DNA of 64,000 nucleotides from an uncultured Kofleriaceae bacterium (lineage in GTDB: Bacteria > Myxococcota_A > Polyangia > HGW-17), in contig CAZEZP010000078.1 in assembly GCA_964516435.1 (NCBI GenBank), forward strand, positions 118,707 through 182,706, in the 5' to 3' direction. Position 1 is the first letter of the stretch, and each line of letters opens with the position of its first letter. Below the pieces are notes generated by a model that ran no database searches, was not told the DNA's origin, and saw only the letters and a list, made by a program, of their open reading frames with translations. Shown piece by piece: positions 58,583 to 64,000 of the stretch. A program made the position numbers and the translations under genes.

Positions 58583-60024
58583 ACTCGCCGGTTTATGAGG
58601 AAACCCGGAAAAAGGCGCTCGAGGCGCTCCGGAACAAGGACTACGAGTCGTCATTTCTGCTGCACCTCCAGCAACTCGAATGGTTGCGGCGGGAACCGGT
58701 GGACGTGGAGAATCTCCAGGAACGCCAGCGGGTGCTCAACAACCTGCTGGTGAGCCTGCATGGCCGCATCCAGCGCGGGCAGGCGGAAAATCCACGGGAA
58801 TCCTGCCGGTTGTTCCAGGATTTTCTGAAGGAATACCTGGACGTATCCGGAAACATTCCATTCGAACAGCGCCGCCGGGGAGCCGATAATGTCATTTCGG
58901 ACCTCTACCGCCATGCCCTGCGCGTGACGCTGCTGCAGGTAACGGAAGACGATGGCATTTCCCTGCAGGAACAGGAAAGGCAACTCAAGTGGCATGTGCG
59001 GGATATTTACGACCGGTTCTTCCAGGTATTTTGCCGTGATGGCGCTTTCCCATATGAAATTTTGCTCGATCCATCTATGGATATGTTGTATTTTGAACGT
59101 CGAAATATTTTGCGTAAAGGTCATTTGCAGCAAAATTATTATAATACAATCTGGATGGCAGAGGTGTTCCTGCAATTTTTCTCGGGAGAGCATATGGCAC
59201 GGGTGCGCTCCGAGATCCTGCTGCTGTGCAGTGATGTGAGCCAGTTTCTGCCGCCGCCCCCTGAACATTCCCGGATGCGGTTTGCCGCCGAAATGCAGGC
59301 GATTTCGTGGCTGGACAAAAGTCTGGCGGAATATCCGGAAAACCGGGTGGCACGCGAACGCCGCCAGCAACTGGTTTCGTTCCTCACGGCGGCCGAGCAG
59401 ATCAACCGTTTCCGCCATGATGTCGTTTCCAAGATCGAATCCATCCGGGGAATCCTGGGGAAACTGCAGGAAAGGAATCCCGATGGGGAAAGCCGGCAGC
59501 AACTGCAGGCCGCCATGGTCCACGTGCGCACCATTCTGGGTTCGTTCCGCCTGACCATGCGCGAGCGACCCTCTTTGCGGGGCGTAGCGTCCATGGAATC
59601 GTTCCTGGAACGCTTCGCGGATGCAGATGTCACGGCCAAACTGCAGGGAACTCCGCGGCCGGTGGTGACGGACGAGGAATATCTGGCTCTCGTGGTGCAG
59701 AACCTGGTGCAAAATGCCCGGGAGGCCTATGCCCGGAACCGGATTTCCGGCGGGCAGGTGCATGTCGTGTTCGATTACGACCGTCTGGCGCTGGAAGTTC
59801 GGGATTGGGCCGGCGGCATTCCGGAGGAATTGCGTGCCAATGACAAATTGTTTGAGCCCTATGCCTCTTCCAAGGGCATCCAGCAGAATGCTGGTCTTGG
59901 TCTGGCCAATGTGCGGGAAGCCTGCCGGCTGCTGGAAGCTTCGATACGGTACGAAATCCTGAAACAGGATGGCCATACAGGTACGGTTTTCATTATCACA
60001 CTGAAAGAACCAGAAAGGGATTGA
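58579..60024 (+). CDS. GHKL/histidine-kinase-like ATPase (cytoplasmic, degenerate H-box)
   Basis: C-terminal HATPase_c N-box LVQNLVQNAREA, G1 VRDWAGGIP and G2 GLGLA. FRHDVVSKIESIRG is a possible divergent phosphoacceptor box. ATGA overlap with the kinase gene. Confidence 0.7.
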   Translation: MNSPVYEETRKKALEALRNKDYESSFLLHLQQLEWLRREPVDVENLQERQRVLNNLLVSLHGRIQRGQAENPRESCRLFQDFLKEYLDVSGNIPFEQRRRGADNVISDLYRHALRVTLLQVTEDDGISLQEQERQLKWHVRDIYDRFFQVFCRDGAFPYEILLDPSMDMLYFERRNILRKGHLQQNYYNTIWMAEVFLQFFSGEHMARVRSEILLLCSDVSQFLPPPPEHSRMRFAAEMQAISWLDKSLAEYPENRVARERRQQLVSFLTAAEQINRFRHDVVSKIESIRGILGKLQERNPDGESRQQLQAAMVHVRTILGSFRLTMRERPSLRGVASMESFLERFADADVTAKLQGTPRPVVTDEEYLALVVQNLVQNAREAYARNRISGGQVHVVFDYDRLALEVRDWAGGIPEELRANDKLFEPYASSKGIQQNAGLGLANVREACRLLEASIRYEILKQDGHTGTVFIITLKEPERD

Positions 60025-60027
60025 AAC

Positions 60028-61020
60028 ATGCGTTCACTCAAAATCTTGATCATGGACGATGAAATCTTTGCCAATGACCAGAATCCGGCTATCCAGGCCG
60101 CCCAGCGCCTGCTTGAGGAAGGGCATCTTGTGCAGGTGACCGACCGGATGTCGGAAGTGCTGGGGGGCCTGCAGAAGAAGTTTTTCGATGTCTATGTGCT
60201 GGATATCGACATGTCCCTGGTGCAGGACATCGACAATGCCAGCGGTTCCAATGTCGGCCGGGCGCTTCGGAAATTCAGTTCGCTGACCAACATCGTCGTC
60301 TTCAGTGCGCGCGGCGAGGTGCCCGACTGGTTCACGGCCGCCAACTACCATTTCCAGGGATACGTATTCAAGGGCGATGACGGTGTGGAGAATCTGGCCC
60401 GCCATATCCGGGAACTGGCCGAGCGTCCGATTCCGGTGCCCCGCTTCGATCTCGGAGAACTCGAGCCGCCTTCGCGGGTTCTCGTGTACCGCCATCCCAG
60501 CCTGGGAGAACGCTTTGCGCCCGAGCGCATCCGTCCCTGGATCCAAGCCGTTTATCCCGATGCGGAAATCCATGTTTGCACGCAGTTGCAGGAAGTCGTG
60601 GATTTCCAGCAGGAATGCGGCTGCATTCTGCTCTTGCACACCATGTTCCGGGACCAGGAGAGCACCTGGAGCGATTTGGAGCGGATTTTTGGGCGCCAGC
60701 CCAGACCGCATGTCATCGTGGCCGTGGATAGTTCCGGGGATACGCCCCAGACGCATCGCGGCACCATTCTGAATCTGGTAAACCGGCATCCGTTCCGCCT
60801 TCTGGACCTTGCGGATCCCCGTTTCGAATCCAGTCTGCAGCAGGCCATCGAACGCTCCCGTTTCTGGTATGGCCGCCAGGAAGTATTCGAATATCCCGAG
60901 GAATTCCGGGATCGCATCGGCATGCCACTGACGGCAGAAGACGTGGCCTTGATCCGCGAGCAGGATGAGCGTTTCGATGAACTTTCAATGCAGGACGAGG
61001 GGGATGATCATGAAGCATGA
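60028..61020 (+). CDS. response-regulator receiver (REC) domain protein with uncharacterised C-terminal domain
   Basis: REC motifs ILIMDDE, phospho-Asp YVLDIDM, VVFSA, YVFKG. The C-terminal 200 aa are of unknown function. Confidence 0.7.
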   Translation: MRSLKILIMDDEIFANDQNPAIQAAQRLLEEGHLVQVTDRMSEVLGGLQKKFFDVYVLDIDMSLVQDIDNASGSNVGRALRKFSSLTNIVVFSARGEVPDWFTAANYHFQGYVFKGDDGVENLARHIRELAERPIPVPRFDLGELEPPSRVLVYRHPSLGERFAPERIRPWIQAVYPDAEIHVCTQLQEVVDFQQECGCILLLHTMFRDQESTWSDLERIFGRQPRPHVIVAVDSSGDTPQTHRGTILNLVNRHPFRLLDLADPRFESSLQQAIERSRFWYGRQEVFEYPEEFRDRIGMPLTAEDVALIREQDERFDELSMQDEGDDHEA

Positions 61021-61702
61021 AATTTTCCTTCTGGATACGAACGTCCTGTATGAAATCATTACCCTCTACAGTCCAGAGCCTTCGTCTCTGGCCAAGAAAA
61101 TCGACGGATTTTTGAAAGGCAGAAAACTCGTCTATATTCCGGATATCGTGTGGACGGAATTTACGGCTTCCATATTTCAAAAGAAAATTGATTATAGCGA
61201 TTACAACTCGTGGCATCAAAGAGTTCTATCTTCATATCTTCATGTGTATCAATATCTGCTTGAACATAAAGTAAGAGATTACAAAACCTCCGGAATCGCA
61301 TCCGTCGTGAACATCGATTTCATCGGCTTGGCCCGCGATTTCGCATTCATCCGGCCGGAAGATGATTTCATCCAGTCTCTGGTTGGTGAAACCAGCCAGA
61401 AACTGCAGGCTGCACTGGCGCAGGAGAATCCCGACCCGGCGACCCTGGAATTCATTGAGCGGCAGCGCCACAACCTGGCATCCGGAAAACTCATGGATGG
61501 CTGCGATACCATGATTCTGGCCAGCGCCATCGTGTTTGCCATCCAGCGTGCCGATTCCCGCGTGATTCTTCTGTCCAACGACCGCTGGATGGGCAGGGTC
61601 GCCAACCATTTATTGCAAAATCTGAACAAATATGGCCTGGAAGACCTGAAAAACCGGAGTTTTTCCTTGACAGTGGAAAACCCGAAAAACTTTCGCTTTT
61701 GA
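61010..61702 (+). CDS. PIN-domain nuclease (VapC-like fold, extended)
   Basis: N-terminal IFLLDTNVLYEI and the downstream acidic residues (DGCDTMILASAI) of the PIN fold. GAGGGGG Shine-Dalgarno. The start overlaps the REC gene stop. Confidence 0.7.
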   Translation: MKHEIFLLDTNVLYEIITLYSPEPSSLAKKIDGFLKGRKLVYIPDIVWTEFTASIFQKKIDYSDYNSWHQRVLSSYLHVYQYLLEHKVRDYKTSGIASVVNIDFIGLARDFAFIRPEDDFIQSLVGETSQKLQAALAQENPDPATLEFIERQRHNLASGKLMDGCDTMILASAIVFAIQRADSRVILLSNDRWMGRVANHLLQNLNKYGLEDLKNRSFSLTVENPKNFRF

Positions 61703-61718
61703 TGAGAAAGGAGCATCC

Positions 61719-61955
61719 ATGAATCAATGGAATTATTATTATGTTTTTTCATCAAAAAGTCTTCAAAAATACATTTTACATGGAAATAAATTGCAGTTTC
61801 TGGTAGGCGCAAGCAATCTGATTGAAGGCATTCCAACAAAAGTGATTCCCGCGGTTCTGGATTCGATGGGATTGCAGGCAGACACTGACTACCAGATTCT
61901 TTCTGCCTCGGCAGGCAGTACCCGCATCCTGTTTGCTTCGAAAGCGTCCGCATGA
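61719..61955 (+). pseudogene. 78-codon ORF with strong Shine-Dalgarno, probably the 5' remnant of a gene truncated by an IS256 insertion
   Basis: AAAGGAG Shine-Dalgarno 7 nt upstream. The ORF stops exactly where the high-GC IS-like sequence begins. The N-terminus MNQWNYYYVFSSKSLQKYILHGN... was not recognised. Confidence 0.4.
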
Positions 61956-62159
61956 GTCAAAGTCCAAATGTTGCTGTAAATGCCTTCGGTCCAGTATGCG
62001 CTTGAGTTCTCCAGGCGCCGGTTCCGGTCCTCGACCTCTTCATGTCATCTTCTCCGCCTTGCCGAGGTCGGGGGCAGGGCGTTGGCGTCCAGGTCAGGTT
62101 GTACCCGGCTCTCCAGGGCACCCATGGCAGGTGCCCGTGCCGAGTGCGGCCTGACCCGA

Positions 62160-63425
62160 TCAGGAGGATTCTGTATTCGTCAGGGCAAGTTCACAGCGCC
62201 TGCCCGCAGCCCGGCACCTCCTCTCTCTGGCCCCCTTCACGACCCACCCACTCCCAGAATTCTCCCATTCCAGGCAGCGCAGTTCAAGCCAGGTTTCATG
62301 CGGCTCCATCAGCAGCGCGCCGGTCAACCGCCCGGCGGACGCATTGTTGGGGAAGATCCGGATCACCCGCTCCCGGTGCCGCACTTCCGGATTCATGCGC
62401 TCCTGCATGTTCGTGCTGCGCATGCGTTTGCGGTACTTCTCCGGCAGGGCCATCAGAAGCCATGGCGTCATCGAACCCCTCCTCCAGGCAGGCCACGGAC
62501 TTCTGCGCGAACTTCTCGTATTTATTGCGAAATGCTTCCAGACGGCGGCGTGCCTCTGGAAGGTCCGATGCGTGAAGAACCAGGTTGGCGTCCGGGCCAC
62601 CGCCTCCCGGTGACGGACACTGCAACTGCCGAGGATGTCGCTCAGCAGATGAACCTGGCAGCGCTGCCATGTCATTCCCTGGAAGTTCTTGCGAATCGCC
62701 TCCCGCAAGCCATGATGGGCATCCGAAATGACGAACATCGTACCCCGCAGGCCCACGCCCCTTCAATCACCGGGCCCCTTCAATCACCGGAACGTCTCAT
62801 CCCAGGTGGCAAAACTCTCCGTATCACCGGTCTGGAGCCCGAACACCTCCCGGTAGCCGTCCTCGCGGATGCCGCTCACGATCAAGGCCGCCCGTGACAC
62901 CACCCGCTCATGCTCCCAGCTCTTGAAGAACATGGCGTCGACCAGAACGAATGGGAACGCCGCTTCCTCCAGGCGACGGCTGTTGAAGCCCTTCACCGGC
63001 AGTTCCAGCCACGCGCACAGCGCGCCCACCGTCGACTTCGAAAAAACTCGCTCCGCATAATTGCTCTGTGATTTCCGTGACTTTCCGGGTGGAGACCCCA
63101 TTGACGACCATCTCCATCAACGCCAGCAAGAACGCCTGCAGATGCGTTGATACCGCTGGAATATCTCCACGGAGAACGACCTAACCCGCGTTTGAGACAC
63201 CCGCAGGTTCAGTGGACCCACGCGCGAAAACAGCATCCGCTACCGATACCCGTTCCGGTACCCGGCCCGCTCCCCGGTGCGCTCGTGTTTCCCGGCACCC
63301 AAGGCTTCGGTCGGTTTTCCAGTATTTGATTCAATACCTCTTCCACCAACTGCGCCAATCCATCCCGGCTCGATAAAAGATGGCAAAAACTCCTGGTTCA
63401 CGCCAACTTCATATCCGGCCATCTA
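62160..63425 (-). pseudogene. IS256-family transposase, multiply frameshifted
   Basis: Hallmark segments lie in three frames: AGYRNGYR (63240-63422 ORF), LMEMVVNGVSTRKVTEITEQLCG (62908-63129), FVLVDAMFFKSWEHERVVSRAALIVSGIREDGYREV (62784-63101), and VISDAHHGLREAI...WQRCQVHLLSDIL...NMQERMNPEVRHRERVIRIFPN (62160-62756). Confidence 0.75.
62757..62790. repeat. 17-bp perfect tandem duplication ccccttcaatcaccggg/a inside the transposase pseudogene
   Basis: Two adjacent copies. A 17-bp length is not a multiple of three, which accounts for one of the frameshifts. Confidence 0.5.
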
Positions 63426-63579
63426 TTCCTCCTCTAGCGAATCAAAAACCTTGGCAATCTTGAATTTACAAAACCGAAGTGGTGGCCTCCACCTCTTTAC
63501 AGCACTCTATGAACTCGATCTTGAAAGTCGCGTCGGATTTTTATGAACCGTCAGGATTAGCAGGAATTCGATGGAAGGC

Positions 63580-64000
63580 TCATGAAATGAGCTCGATACG
63601 CGTGATTTTTACATTGTTTCCATCGATGGCAATAGTAATTTTTCCTTCGACCTCTTTCTTGCTTTCCTTGATTTTCTGCGCGAATTCAGCAGATATTTGT
63701 TGTTCTTTCACCAACTCCTCGAGGTCTGCTTCCACAGAAGTTTTTTTTGTTTTTTCAGATTTGATTTGAATACTAATTTTTTTATTTCCCTTATTGTAAT
63801 TTATTGTTTGTTGAAATGTTTCTTCGGTGCTTGAAGAGCCTGAAGTTGCAGCCGAAGAATTCCTGGATTTGCTTACAGAAATAAGGCGGCCATAACCTGC
63901 CACCGTTTTGGCTCCCACTCCCCATTCTTCGAGGGCATCGAGCAAGAGCGCCATTGCCAGATCGACCCAGTCTGAAGGGCCGGAGAGGCAGACCAGAAAC
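63580..64000 (-). CDS. partial CDS (continues beyond right edge) with a glycine-rich GhGxxxxxGhG loop and an AT-rich S/K/E-rich C-terminal tail
   Basis: The frame is open to the window end (…FLVCLSGPSDWVDLAMALLLDALEEWGVGAKTVAGYGRL...). The G-loop resembles Cas6/RAMP glycine-rich loops but is not diagnostic. Confidence 0.4.
   Translation of the reverse strand, partial: FLVCLSGPSDWVDLAMALLLDALEEWGVGAKTVAGYGRLISVSKSRNSSAATSGSSSTEETFQQTINYNKGNKKISIQIKSEKTKKTSVEADLEELVKEQQISAEFAQKIKESKKEVEGKITIAIDGNNVKITRIELIS

Larger units (their letters stand above)
61956..63450 (-). mobile_element. degenerate IS256-family insertion sequence
   Basis: Encloses a frameshifted IS256/mutator-type transposase. The compositional break at 61956 marks one edge. 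The ends and inverted repeats are not resolved. Confidence 0.5.

Noticed and set aside
61980-62897. 305-aa plus-strand ORF across the IS region.
   Set aside because: It is antisense to recognisable IS256 transposase segments, and its translation is Pro/Arg-rich GC-artefact.

Overview
This 64-kb bacterial window is GC-rich (about 65% in most genes), but short AT-rich patches sit inside otherwise GC-rich ORFs. Through about 41.5 kb it carries core and housekeeping genes: a POT-family transporter, an outer-membrane beta-barrel protein (OMP), an orphan sigma-54 enhancer-binding protein (EBP) with PBP-like and HEAT-repeat partners, a nitroreductase, serS, an FAH-family hydrolase, an ABC exporter, recF-dnaN without dnaA or gyrB, a large TPR membrane protein, and rsmA/ksgA. 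A complete 12-gene type II secretion operon (gspC,D,E,F,G,H,I,J,K,L,M,N; 26084-40347) follows, preceded by twin palindromic operator-like sites, and an iron-type alcohol dehydrogenase sits after it. The best candidate for an undescribed system lies past a 560-bp AT-rich intergenic region (41553-42118). It is a co-directional 16-gene island (42119-61955). It holds two tandem paralogous GTPase/DUF697-like proteins, a large helical protein, a Q-rich coiled-coil protein and an orphan NrdG-like radical-SAM activase. It also holds a tandem CbbX/SpoVK-type AAA+ ATPase, a PP2C phosphatase, a vWA protein, an FHA protein, a non-RD Ser/Thr kinase, a GHKL/His-kinase-like ATPase, a REC-domain protein and a PIN nuclease. 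The island ends in a gene apparently truncated by a frameshifted IS256-family transposase relic. A partial ORF with a Cas6/RAMP-like glycine-rich loop runs off the right edge. A second uncharacterised unit is an overlapping, translationally coupled 4-gene minus-strand operon (9753-14493) built around an AAA+ ATPase, with an adjacent nitroreductase. No rRNA, tRNA or CRISPR array was seen.
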